From a virus (Duplodnaviria; Heunggongvirae; Uroviricota; Caudoviricetes): DNA of 64,000 nucleotides. Of the stretch, positions 17,028 to 25,206 are shown one piece after another (position 1 is the stretch's first letter; every line of letters begins with the position of its first letter). Under the pieces are notes generated by a model. It was not told the DNA's origin. It saw nothing but the letters and a program-made list of their open reading frames with translations, and made no database searches. The position numbers were made by a program, and so were the translations under genes. The stretch spans positions 1-64,000 of the IMG/VR virus record IMGVR_UViG_3300028840_001168. One strand, 5' to 3'.

Positions 17028-17296
17028 TGGTACCTCTCTGAGATCGTGTCTAGTTCGTCAGCAACGCTACAAAGCCTGTGCCCGTGCTGACGCATAAGCT
17101 TGGACGCTGTAGACAAGTGATTGGCTGCCAGGCAGCACTCAGTCTCGTACCCATGGCCCTTGTCTATGTGGGCGACGGCAGAGAGCAAGTTGTCCGTGGC
17201 CTTGTCTGTGGTGCGTCCGATCTCGTCATTGGACTCGTTCAGGAACTGCATCAGGGTGTTCACTCGGGTGACGAATTGTTCGTCTGTCACTTCCAT
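17024..17296 (-). CDS. hypothetical protein (90 aa)
   Basis: ORF-track ORF with ATGA overlaps. Confidence 0.5.
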   Translation of the reverse strand: MEVTDEQFVTRVNTLMQFLNESNDEIGRTTDKATDNLLSAVAHIDKGHGYETECCLAANHLSTASKLMRQHGHRLCSVADELDTISERYQ

Positions 17297-17487
17297 TTCC
17301 TCCAGTTACGTATTGCGATTGCTGTCATGATACCATCCAGGAAAACGATGCTCCAAATACCTTCAGACACCCCAAACGCGGTCCAGAAGATGTTACCAAG
17401 GATTGACCAAATCCAAGCATCCCTGTGCTTGTTACCCAGTCTCCAGATGGAGAGCAGGATCAAAGCGTTACCCATCCATGCCAACAT
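17287..17487 (-). CDS. small membrane protein (66 aa, 2 TM)
   Basis: LAWMGNALILLSIWRLG and GIWSIVFLDGIMTAIAI are hydrophobic segments. Confidence 0.5.
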   Translation of the reverse strand: MLAWMGNALILLSIWRLGNKHRDAWIWSILGNIFWTAFGVSEGIWSIVFLDGIMTAIAIRNWRKWK

Positions 17488-17933
17488 CTGGATCTCCTAA
17501 CCACATGGCATCAAACGCTGCCTGAGCCGCCGAGGGGGTGTCACCACACCCAACTGCGTTCTCATCGTAGGCGTACTGACACACCCACGTCACATCATTG
17601 TGGAATATCTTGCACGGGTACATCAGGCTGGGGCGCAGCCGCATCCCCTCCTGGAGGCATACGTACTGGGCTGACTGGGCGTTCGCCTGAGCCTCCACTA
17701 GCTCTGCTTGCTTCTTCAGCAGTTCGAGATCGTGTGCTGTCAAAGTGCTCTCTCCCCTCTTTGATGCAGTAGCAGAGGTAGGCGATCCGGGGTCCGATGT
17801 TTGCGTCGATGGGGATGTGGGCCCCGACGTTGCCGACTTGGGCCCAAAGAACAGGAGATCCCTCATGCAGTTGAATGCGGATTGTGACACCGTTTAGCAT
17901 CCCCCATTGTATGTATTCCTCGTTTGTCATGGT
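17468..17933 (-). CDS. hypothetical gene with a frame discontinuity (frameshifted, overlapping, or alternative-start gene pair)
   Basis: A high-GC3 coding frame runs from MTNEEYIQWGM (17933) to about 17770. From about 17760 a different frame, ...LELLKKQAELVEAQ..., continues to the stop at 17468. Neither track ORF (17468-17890, 17595-18014) is coding-like over its full length. Confidence 0.35.
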
Positions 17934-17940
17934 AAAGAGC

Positions 17941-17964
17941 GGGGAGGGCCCGAAGGCCCTCCCC
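17941..17964 (-). terminator. GC-rich hairpin, a probable intrinsic terminator
   Basis: GGGGAGGGCC-TTCG-GGCCCTCCCC has a 10-bp stem and a tetraloop, followed by GCTCTTTACC on the minus strand. It lies directly after the 17977-18654 gene. Confidence 0.45.
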
Positions 17965-17976
17965 AACCCCCTTTGG

Positions 17977-18654
17977 TTATCGAGCGCGGGTCGACGTTCC
18001 TTCTTCGACCTCAACCTCGTCGGTCTTCGGGTTCAGGAACTTCTGCTTCTCTTCCACGAGAGTTCCCATATCAGGACCCTTGGTGATGGGCTCGGAGCAC
18101 TTGGTGATGACCGGCACATGCCAAGAGAACTCACGACCTTCCACGAGCTTGGACTTGATGTTGGCCACTCGCGGCGGCCGATCAGCACGTCCAAGGAACG
18201 GCTTCAAGTTGGGGCTCTCCTCACGCCCGGACGCATTGCCGAAGAACAGTTCGTACAGTTCCCCGGTGCTGCGTTCGAGTACCAAGAACGACAGACCCCA
18301 GCCGGCCTGCTTCTTCATCTCCTTGATGCGAGCGTACTCGGCACTGTCCTTGTCGTAAGACGTGATGATGTTCTTACGATCCGAGAAGTCGATGGCCTTG
18401 TTACGGACCGCGATCGGAAGGATATCGACCTCGTTCCCAAGGACCGTGCAATCGTCGCCGTTGGGGATGACCCACTGGCCAGGCATACACTTCTGGTTCT
18501 TGACCAGATCGGAGCTGGAGGCAGCGAGTACGAGTCGCGGCAGGAACCGAGACTTCGACTTCACTACGTCAAGTGCGTTAAGCTCCTCGTCCGTGGTGAC
18601 CAGGTCGTGGGTGGTGAAAGCGTCGGTGCTGAAAGGTACAAGTTCATTGCTCAT
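17977..18654 (-). CDS. hypothetical protein, possibly an ssDNA-binding or annealing protein (acidic C-terminal tail)
   Basis: 225 aa with the acidic C-terminus DEVEVEEGTSTRAR. Its position in the replication module and its size resemble phage gp2.5-like SSBs. This is weak similarity only. Confidence 0.4.
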   Translation of the reverse strand: MSNELVPFSTDAFTTHDLVTTDEELNALDVVKSKSRFLPRLVLAASSSDLVKNQKCMPGQWVIPNGDDCTVLGNEVDILPIAVRNKAIDFSDRKNIITSYDKDSAEYARIKEMKKQAGWGLSFLVLERSTGELYELFFGNASGREESPNLKPFLGRADRPPRVANIKSKLVEGREFSWHVPVITKCSEPITKGPDMGTLVEEKQKFLNPKTDEVEVEEGTSTRAR

Positions 18655-19567
18655 AGTTAATCTCCGGTGAAATGTTGCGTAGTTGCTTGATTGTGAATTC
18701 GTTTCTCTGCTTCCGTTCTTGGAATGTCTCCCGTCGCTTCTTCAACCTCTCTTTCTCTACCTTCTGTTTGGCGAGCGAATCGGGGTCGATGTGATAGATC
18801 CACGCCAGGCAGGCTCTCCAGCCGTCCAGTGGAGTCTCCGCTCCAAGCTTCCGAATTGCCCTACGGGCCGCCCGGTTGCATTTGATCTCGTCCTCGATCT
18901 CGTCCAGTTGTCGCAGGTAGGCGACGTAGTGGCTGTCCCTATAGGCTAGCCACGCCGTCATGTCCTGCTGAACACACTGGCGGTAATCCTTCACAGCCCG
19001 GCGTACCATATCCTCGAACTCGGTGGCCTTCAGCATGACCGCATGTGCGAGGAAGTTCTCCTGGAGACCGGGCTTCAGTCTGGCCAGGGCAGTAGAGTTC
19101 CTCAATGTGATCTCGCCTCTGTCCACCATCTTCTGTGCCTGCGGGATAAGGCGGTTGATGGAAAGCATTTTGGAGATCCAGCTAGGACCTTTATTTACCA
19201 GCCTGCTAAGTTGACCCATAGTCAGATCCCCTCGCTCCATGAGCAAGTGGAGTCGCTTGGCGACTTCTGTCTTGGGCGTCTCGGGCCTAATGGAGTTTGT
19301 CTTGAGCTGGATGACCTCAACTTCCTCATCCGACAGATCCCGGACAAGGCACGGCATCTCACGTAGGCCGGCATCGGCCGCCGCATGATACCGCCAGTTA
19401 CCTTCGACTACTTCATAATAGTCTCCTTGTGTTCGTACCAGGATAGGCTGTAGGATGCCGTCAACCTTGATCGAGTTGAGCAGCTCGTGGTACTCCACTG
19501 TCTGCTTCTTCACTGGCCTGAGAAGAATCTTCGGCGGCCGGATGTTCTCGATCGGTATCAGCATCAC
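18644..19567 (-). CDS. ParB-like N-terminal domain protein
   Basis: GILQPILVR...VVEGNWRYHAAADAGLREMPC matches the ParB/Spo0J box. SD GAGAGGGAG. It is the first gene leftward of the divergent control region. Confidence 0.6.
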   Translation of the reverse strand: MMLIPIENIRPPKILLRPVKKQTVEYHELLNSIKVDGILQPILVRTQGDYYEVVEGNWRYHAAADAGLREMPCLVRDLSDEEVEVIQLKTNSIRPETPKTEVAKRLHLLMERGDLTMGQLSRLVNKGPSWISKMLSINRLIPQAQKMVDRGEITLRNSTALARLKPGLQENFLAHAVMLKATEFEDMVRRAVKDYRQCVQQDMTAWLAYRDSHYVAYLRQLDEIEDEIKCNRAARRAIRKLGAETPLDGWRACLAWIYHIDPDSLAKQKVEKERLKKRRETFQERKQRNEFTIKQLRNISPEINYEQ

Positions 19568-19582
19568 ACTCCCTCTCTATTA

Positions 19583-19626
19583 CCATGTCGTGCAAAACCG
19601 GCGGATCTGAAACTAGATTCCGGCAA
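19583..19626. promoter_or_regulatory. conserved 44-bp control motif, copy 1 (left arm of an inverted repeat)
   Basis: ccatgtcgtgcaaaaccggcggatctgaaactagattccggcaa. In gene orientation, TTGCACGACATGGTAATAG sits immediately before the SD and ATG of the ParB-like gene. Confidence 0.5.
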
Positions 19627-19848
19627 ATTGACGAAAATAATTTCGAGCGGGTTACGGAGCGCGGGTTAAGGCCGGAAACAGTTCCCTCTATAGATTTGAT
19701 ACTGATAATCTTTTTCGTGTGTGTAGGTGATTGCTTTAACCCAAGATCGTAACTTTCGCATAAACCCTGAGCACGCCGGCAGTTAGCCCCCATATGGCGA
19801 ATCGGCGCGTAACACCCGACAAAGTTGTCGTGAATTATTTCCGGCATC

Positions 19849-19892
19849 TTGCCGGATTCTAGTTTCAAATCTACCGGATTTGCACGACATGG
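19849..19892. promoter_or_regulatory. conserved 44-bp control motif, copy 2 (right arm of the inverted repeat)
   Basis: ttgccggattctagtttcaaatctaccggatttgcacgacatgg is the reverse complement of copy 1 with 5 mismatches. It sits immediately upstream of AGGAGG and the primase-helicase ATG. Confidence 0.5.
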
Positions 19893-19911
19893 TAGTAGGA
19901 GGAAATTATCT

Positions 19912-22704
19912 ATGAACAATGCAACCATTTGGGAAGCTTCCCAACTGTACGGCAAGAACGTGATCTTGCCCAACCACAACAACCCAGACCTGTTCAGCCG
20001 TTGGCTGGACAACTACCAGGACCTGGAGACCCAGCTCCTTACTGATACGGACGGGGAGCCCGTCCCGGACAGTAAGAGCCCCAGGTATACTGACGATACC
20101 GGTCAAGTCTGGGGACCGATCCGCTGGCCGTGGGGCTCCAAGACAGACAACCCAACATTCCGGGACTACCCCCGGAAGTTCCTGTTCGACGATCATCTTA
20201 TGGGGATCGGCAGCTCGGGGTGGGATTGGCAGAACAAGTGCAGCCGCTGGCTCGGGTACGACTTCGACGCGATTGCCGGCCACGCTGACGGGATCGGGCA
20301 TTCCGACGCGGAGTTGGCCCGGGTCGTGGAGGCGGCTCCGGACTTCGTGGACGTGGTCCGCTCCACGCGGGGTAAGGGCTTCCACCTCTATATCAACTTC
20401 GAGGAGCCCTTCCCGAAGGCCAAGAACCACGACGAGCACTGTGCCATCTCCCGGTCCCTGATCCCCGTGATGTCGGCGATCGCCGGGTTCAACTTCAACA
20501 CGAACATGGACGTGTGCGGCCGGATTCTCTGGGTCTGGCACCGGGATGCCACTACCGAGAACCGGGGCTTCACCGTCTACAAGGAGGCCACCCGCCGCCT
20601 GACGGCCGCTGACGTGCCGCCTAACTGGACCGATCACCTGGACGTGGTTGGAGGGGGTGGCGGCAGATCCCGCGTGAGAGTGCGAGGATGGACGCCTGAC
20701 GGCTCCCTGACAGAAGGGGACGAGGTAGACGAGGATACCGAGGCATCGCCTCAGGTACGCCTTGACGACGTCCACAAGCGATTCCTGGAGGACCTGGAAG
20801 AGACCGGCTATACATATTACTGGGTCCACGACCATCATCTAGCCCAGACCCATACCTGTGCGATCAAGCAGGTCCACGAAGCCTGGGCGGTCGCCGGCCA
20901 CCCGATGAAGGGGCCGTTCGATACCAACGCCCCGGGCTCCGACAAGGGGAAGCCCAACTGCTACATGAGACCCCGCCTCGGAGGGGGTTGGGACGTGTAC
21001 CGGTTCGGCGACGGGGTGGTCGAGCACTCGCTCTGGGACGACTTCAACGGCAAGACCCACATCACCCTCAACATCGCCCCGTCCCTACGGCAGGGAGCCC
21101 TGGCGGCCGGCGGGTTCGAGTGTGCCGATCTGAAGCATGGGTTCCAGCTCCCGGACGTCGACAGTATGTACGCCGCCCTGGAGTACCTGGGATCGAGCTA
21201 CCGCCTGCCGGACCACATCCGTACGGAGAACCGGACCTACCACCTGAAGACCAGGGGTGAGGATAGCCGGATCATCGTCCAGGTCGAGCGGAAGAAAGAG
21301 GACCTGGACCCCGACTGGTTGGGCTGGGAGAAGAAGAATGCCTCCACCTGGCAGCGTCTCTTGAGCGATCGGGTCAACACCAAGCAGGACGAGGACCGGA
21401 TCGCAGCCTACTGGGACAACAAGATCCGACTGATCAAGGAGGTCTCGTACGACGAGACCGGATCGGTGGCCGGCGAGGCCACCTGCTGGATGATCAAGGA
21501 CAACTCCGGGAAGTGGGTACGCCACCCCAAGGACAATGTAACCGCTATCATCAACAAGAAGGCCGGGGCGGCAGCGGTCGGCGTGATCGCCACCGCGATC
21601 GACAACGCCTGGACCAAGGTCATCAAACCATTCCAGCCGGAGTACCCCGGTCACCGGGAGTGGAACTACGCCTCCCCGCAGCTTAGGTTCGAGCCCCGCC
21701 CCTTGAAGGATGGGGAGGTCCCGAAGCACCCGCACTGGGACATGGTGTTCGATCACTGCGGTGCCGGCCTGGATAAGTACGTGAAGGAACTGGCATGGTG
21801 CAAGGAGTGGGGAATCAAGACCGGCGGTGACTACCTGAGGACTTGGGTGGCCGCCATGATCCGCTTCCCCTATTGCCGGCTGCCTTACCTGTTCATGTTC
21901 TCCGAGGCCAACAACACTGGGAAAACGACCTGGCACGAGATAGTCGGCCTACTGATGACCAAGGGTGTGAAGGCGGCCGACAAGGCCCTCACCAGTACCA
22001 GCGACTTCAACGGAGAGTTGGAGAATGTCATACTCGGGACGATCGACGAAACCGACATTGCCAAGGCCGGGAAGTCTGTGTACAACAAGGTGAAGGACTG
22101 GACCACAGCCAAGACCCTGTCAGTCCGGGCCCTGTACAAACAGACGTTCATGCAGTTGAACATGCTGCACCTGGTACAGACCTCAAACTACCGGGGAGCC
22201 TGTCCGGTGTACGGCGGCGACAGCCGCATCACCGTGATCGAGGTGCCCAAGATCAAGACAGTCATCCGTAAGGAAGACTTGGAGAAGGCGTGCATGGAAG
22301 AGGGGCGAGACTTTATGGCCACCCTGATGGCCCTGCCCCTCCCGAAGCACAACGATCGCATGCGGGTTCCGGTCATCGAGACCGAGGCCAAGCTTGCAGC
22401 AATGGCTGACAACCGGGACGACCTGGAGGCATTCCTCGAAGAGCAATGCACCTACACGCCCGGCAACGCCATCAAGTGGGACGACTTCTATGCAGCCTTC
22501 CTCGGTACGCTGGAGAAGTTCCAGCGGTCTGAGTGGCCACCGAAGCTTGTCCAATCCTCGCTTCCTGATCACTACCCGCATGGGAAGTACAGTAAGAACG
22601 TAAGGTACGTGGGTAACATTACCCTCGGTCGAGATGCCGAACCGACAGACATTGAGGCCGCTAAATTCATCGTGTCGGGAGGAAAGCTGGTGAAAGAGGC
22701 ATGA
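19912..22704 (+). CDS. bifunctional primase-polymerase (AEP/PrimPol) fused to an SF3 (D5-like) helicase
   Basis: PrimPol motifs YDFDAI and STRGKGFHLYINF. Walker A SEANNTGKTTW and Walker B LGTIDET. Start at MNNATIW with the strong RBS AGGAGGAAATTATCTATG. Confidence 0.8.
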   Translation: MNNATIWEASQLYGKNVILPNHNNPDLFSRWLDNYQDLETQLLTDTDGEPVPDSKSPRYTDDTGQVWGPIRWPWGSKTDNPTFRDYPRKFLFDDHLMGIGSSGWDWQNKCSRWLGYDFDAIAGHADGIGHSDAELARVVEAAPDFVDVVRSTRGKGFHLYINFEEPFPKAKNHDEHCAISRSLIPVMSAIAGFNFNTNMDVCGRILWVWHRDATTENRGFTVYKEATRRLTAADVPPNWTDHLDVVGGGGGRSRVRVRGWTPDGSLTEGDEVDEDTEASPQVRLDDVHKRFLEDLEETGYTYYWVHDHHLAQTHTCAIKQVHEAWAVAGHPMKGPFDTNAPGSDKGKPNCYMRPRLGGGWDVYRFGDGVVEHSLWDDFNGKTHITLNIAPSLRQGALAAGGFECADLKHGFQLPDVDSMYAALEYLGSSYRLPDHIRTENRTYHLKTRGEDSRIIVQVERKKEDLDPDWLGWEKKNASTWQRLLSDRVNTKQDEDRIAAYWDNKIRLIKEVSYDETGSVAGEATCWMIKDNSGKWVRHPKDNVTAIINKKAGAAAVGVIATAIDNAWTKVIKPFQPEYPGHREWNYASPQLRFEPRPLKDGEVPKHPHWDMVFDHCGAGLDKYVKELAWCKEWGIKTGGDYLRTWVAAMIRFPYCRLPYLFMFSEANNTGKTTWHEIVGLLMTKGVKAADKALTSTSDFNGELENVILGTIDETDIAKAGKSVYNKVKDWTTAKTLSVRALYKQTFMQLNMLHLVQTSNYRGACPVYGGDSRITVIEVPKIKTVIRKEDLEKACMEEGRDFMATLMALPLPKHNDRMRVPVIETEAKLAAMADNRDDLEAFLEEQCTYTPGNAIKWDDFYAAFLGTLEKFQRSEWPPKLVQSSLPDHYPHGKYSKNVRYVGNITLGRDAEPTDIEAAKFIVSGGKLVKEA

Positions 22705-23408
22705 AGTTCAAAGATAGCGGAGCACGCACCGAGTTCGACACTGGAGCCCGCCGTGACTGCCAAGAGGGGAAAGGCCGTATGGATCTCCTCCCGTTCCGGG
22801 CTATCATGGCTGTCTCCAAGATTTACGAGACCGGCTGCATCAAGTACGGCGATCGGAACTGGGAGAAGGGAATCCCACTCTCCCGGTACATCGACTCCGG
22901 GATGCGGCACCTCTCCAAGTGGATGATCGGGATGGACGACGAGCCCCACCTGGACATGGCGATCTGGAACCTCCTGGGTGCCAGGGACACGATCGCCCGC
23001 ATCCAAGAGGGCCTGTTGCCGGAGTCACTGAACGACCTGCCGTGCAACCCCTACTTCCAAGAAGAGGATGACTACGAGTACCGCCCTGAGGAAGGGGAGC
23101 CCCTCGGCATCCACCCCCAGGCGATGACGAAGTTCGAGATCAAGGACGTCCCGGACGTGTCCCCAGAAACCAAGGAGACTTTACGCAAGGTAGCGTCTGG
23201 CGAATACCGATGCCCACCGACCGGCGTCCCTGAGGCTGCGGCCAAGGCCGCCGAGTGGCTCCAGAAGTCGGCCGATGCGGACGCAGTGCCCGTGTACCCT
23301 GACGAGACCACAAAGCTTTTGCACAAGACCCTTGCCAAAGCCTACGTGCGTCATCTCAACAGAGAGGTAGAGAAGCAGCTCGAAGAAGAAGGGGACTCAG
23401 GGATATGA
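22701..23408 (+). CDS. dATP/dGTP pyrophosphohydrolase-like protein (phage nucleotide pyrophosphohydrolase family)
   Basis: N-terminal signature DSGARTEFDTGARRD...KGRMDLLP...AVSKIYETGCIKYGDRNWEKG...RHL...HLDMAIWNLLGARD matches the DSGKxxxxL..GA..D/GKxRxDLLP/KYG..NW family. Confidence 0.6.
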   Translation: MKFKDSGARTEFDTGARRDCQEGKGRMDLLPFRAIMAVSKIYETGCIKYGDRNWEKGIPLSRYIDSGMRHLSKWMIGMDDEPHLDMAIWNLLGARDTIARIQEGLLPESLNDLPCNPYFQEEDDYEYRPEEGEPLGIHPQAMTKFEIKDVPDVSPETKETLRKVASGEYRCPPTGVPEAAAKAAEWLQKSADADAVPVYPDETTKLLHKTLAKAYVRHLNREVEKQLEEEGDSGI

Positions 23409-24028
23409 CAGTGCCCGACTCGCTCCTAAACTTGAATGGCGACATGCTGGCCGCCGTGGACGTGGAGACCAGCGGTCGCCTGGCTGGGTGGCATGAGATC
23501 ATCCAGATTGCAGTCCTCCCGCTGAACAGCGAGATTGAACCGAGTGAGACCTACAAGCCGTTCTATGTACACATCTGCCCGAACCACCGGGACCGTGCGG
23601 AGAAGGGGGCCTTACATGTGAACGGGCTGGACATTGACTGGCTCGTGACCAACGGGCTGGACAGTGACCTGGCCGTCGATCGGTTCGTGGAGTGGTTCCA
23701 CGAGCTGGAGCTACCGCTGGGGAAACGGCTCTGCCCGCTGGCTCACAACTGGGCCTTCGAGCGGGGCTTCCTGGTCAACTGGTTGGGGAATGAGTTGCAC
23801 GATACGATCTGGCATCCGCACTCGCGGGACTCCCAGAGGGTGGCCACGCTGTTCAACGATGCGGCTGCCTACCACGGGAAGAAGATCCCGTTCGGGTCGG
23901 TGTCACAGAAGAGTCTGTGTAAGAAGTTCGGCATCGAGAACGCAAACGAACACGATGCCCTAGCCGACTGCATTGCCTGTGCCAAGCTCTACCGAGCCCT
24001 CGTTCGCGGCCTTGGCCATTCTAAGTAG
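23405..24028 (+). CDS. DnaQ-like (DEDDh) 3'-5' exonuclease
   Basis: Exo motifs AVDVETSG, HNWAFERGFL and HDALADCIA. Confidence 0.8.
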   Translation: MTVPDSLLNLNGDMLAAVDVETSGRLAGWHEIIQIAVLPLNSEIEPSETYKPFYVHICPNHRDRAEKGALHVNGLDIDWLVTNGLDSDLAVDRFVEWFHELELPLGKRLCPLAHNWAFERGFLVNWLGNELHDTIWHPHSRDSQRVATLFNDAAAYHGKKIPFGSVSQKSLCKKFGIENANEHDALADCIACAKLYRALVRGLGHSK

Positions 24029-24042
24029 CCGATTCCGCTCCT

Positions 24043-24070
24043 CGCGCTGAGCCTTCCTCCTATCAGCGCG
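24043..24070. terminator. hairpin between convergent transcription units, a possible bidirectional terminator
   Basis: cgcgctga-N12-tcagcgcg has an 8-bp stem and no U-tract. It lies between the exonuclease gene (+) and the SPFH gene (-). Confidence 0.3.
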
Positions 24071-24134
24071 ACGGGGCGGCTTCGGTCTTGGGCCTTGCGG
24101 CACGTCGCGTCGGCGGCCCTTGGTCTCACGACAC

Positions 24135-24689
24135 TTACGACACTTCTTCGCCATGAGACACCGACACATTCACTCCCGTGATATTTAGCGTCCTACTGTG
24201 GGAGAAGTCAGTTAAGGCCGCTCGGTGAACGTACACGCCATATTGCCGAAGCTGTCTCCGGCATGTATCGGTCAGGTCTTCTTCGACCTTCCCGCCTATG
24301 TTCTCAAGCAGGTCGTGGAGATCCCAGGCGGTAACTACATCGACTATCGCGGCCTGCGAGATGTCGTTCACGGTCTCGTCGACATCATAATTCCGCTCGC
24401 CGATCGCCTTCACAATGTCGTAGATCGAATAGACTACGACCCCACCTGCCACGACCTGCTGGGCATCCTTGCTCATTAGCGCTTGCGTAGGGGTATTCAG
24501 CGTCTGCCTGGCGACGGGAATCACCTCGATCTCAGACAGAAGCGGCCACCACACCCTAAAGCCCGGCTCCATTGCGACTGGGCCTCTACGCATTCGCCAC
24601 TTAACGCCCCTGTGGGTGGAGCGAACAATAACTCTACGGGGTACGATCTCAAGGATCGCCAGTACGATATCAGATAGCCATTGGAACAT
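24135..24689 (-). CDS. SPFH/band-7 (stomatin/prohibitin-like) domain protein
   Basis: VIVRSTHRGVKWRMRRGPVAMEPGFRVWWPLLSEIEVIPVARQTLNTPTQALMSKDAQQVVAGGVVVYSIYD matches the SPFH core pattern. Hydrophobic N-terminus. Confidence 0.65.
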   Translation of the reverse strand: MFQWLSDIVLAILEIVPRRVIVRSTHRGVKWRMRRGPVAMEPGFRVWWPLLSEIEVIPVARQTLNTPTQALMSKDAQQVVAGGVVVYSIYDIVKAIGERNYDVDETVNDISQAAIVDVVTAWDLHDLLENIGGKVEEDLTDTCRRQLRQYGVYVHRAALTDFSHSRTLNITGVNVSVSHGEEVS

Positions 24690-25195
24690 TACCAGAAATC
24701 CCTTGGACAGTGTTCTGTTGCCATTCGGATCTTGTTAAGTACGGCTATGCCGCCCTCGGTCACACGGCAGCCGCACCCCTTGCACCGGTTCTTCTCAGGG
24801 TCGAACCATGTACAGGCTGCCTCGTTACAGAACTTCCTCTTGATCTCTGACACTTCTTCGTCAGTTCGCTTTGGTTTACCGGCCTCCCTCCATTTCCTGA
24901 CAGCCTCCTTCCACGACATGAGCTGCAAGTGGAGGGCCGGGTACTCCGGCACTTTGATCCCATCCTTGTACTTCTCCCCAAGCTCACGCTCCATTTCCCT
25001 GCATTCATCACATGGGGCCGGGGCTTTGTTGCACGGTCGCTTCTTGAACACTACGGCCAGCGGGCAGCGGTCGCACTGCTCGTCTGTGACTTGCTCACCG
25101 TGCAGATCACACTTGGCATTGATGCAGCGGAAGAACTCCTCTTGACCGCCCTTCCCGCGTTTCACCACTCGCTGGCGTTTTTCACATTGAGGCAT
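24689..25195 (-). CDS. Cys-rich (multi-CxxC) hypothetical protein
   Basis: 168 aa with at least 8 Cys pairs (CDRC, CDEC, CKGCGC...). ATGA overlap with the SPFH gene. Confidence 0.5.
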   Translation of the reverse strand: MPQCEKRQRVVKRGKGGQEEFFRCINAKCDLHGEQVTDEQCDRCPLAVVFKKRPCNKAPAPCDECREMERELGEKYKDGIKVPEYPALHLQLMSWKEAVRKWREAGKPKRTDEEVSEIKRKFCNEAACTWFDPEKNRCKGCGCRVTEGGIAVLNKIRMATEHCPRDFW

Positions 25196-25206
25196 AGATC
25201 ACTCCA

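Noticed and set aside
19627-19863. Small ORFs inside the AT-rich divergent region, such as the 22-aa plus-strand MANRRVTPDKVVVNYFRHLAGF and the minus-strand MPEIIHDNFVGCYAPIRHMGANCRR...
   Set aside because: They have no RBS and low-complexity AT-driven composition. The longer minus-strand frame runs through the ParB-like gene's control motif and start.
23960-24169. Small basic minus-strand ORF (MAKKCRKCRETKGRRRD...) between the exonuclease and SPFH genes
   Set aside because: It overlaps the 3' ends of both flanking genes and the convergent-terminator hairpin, and it is mostly Arg/Pro low complexity. It cannot be excluded, but the evidence is weak.
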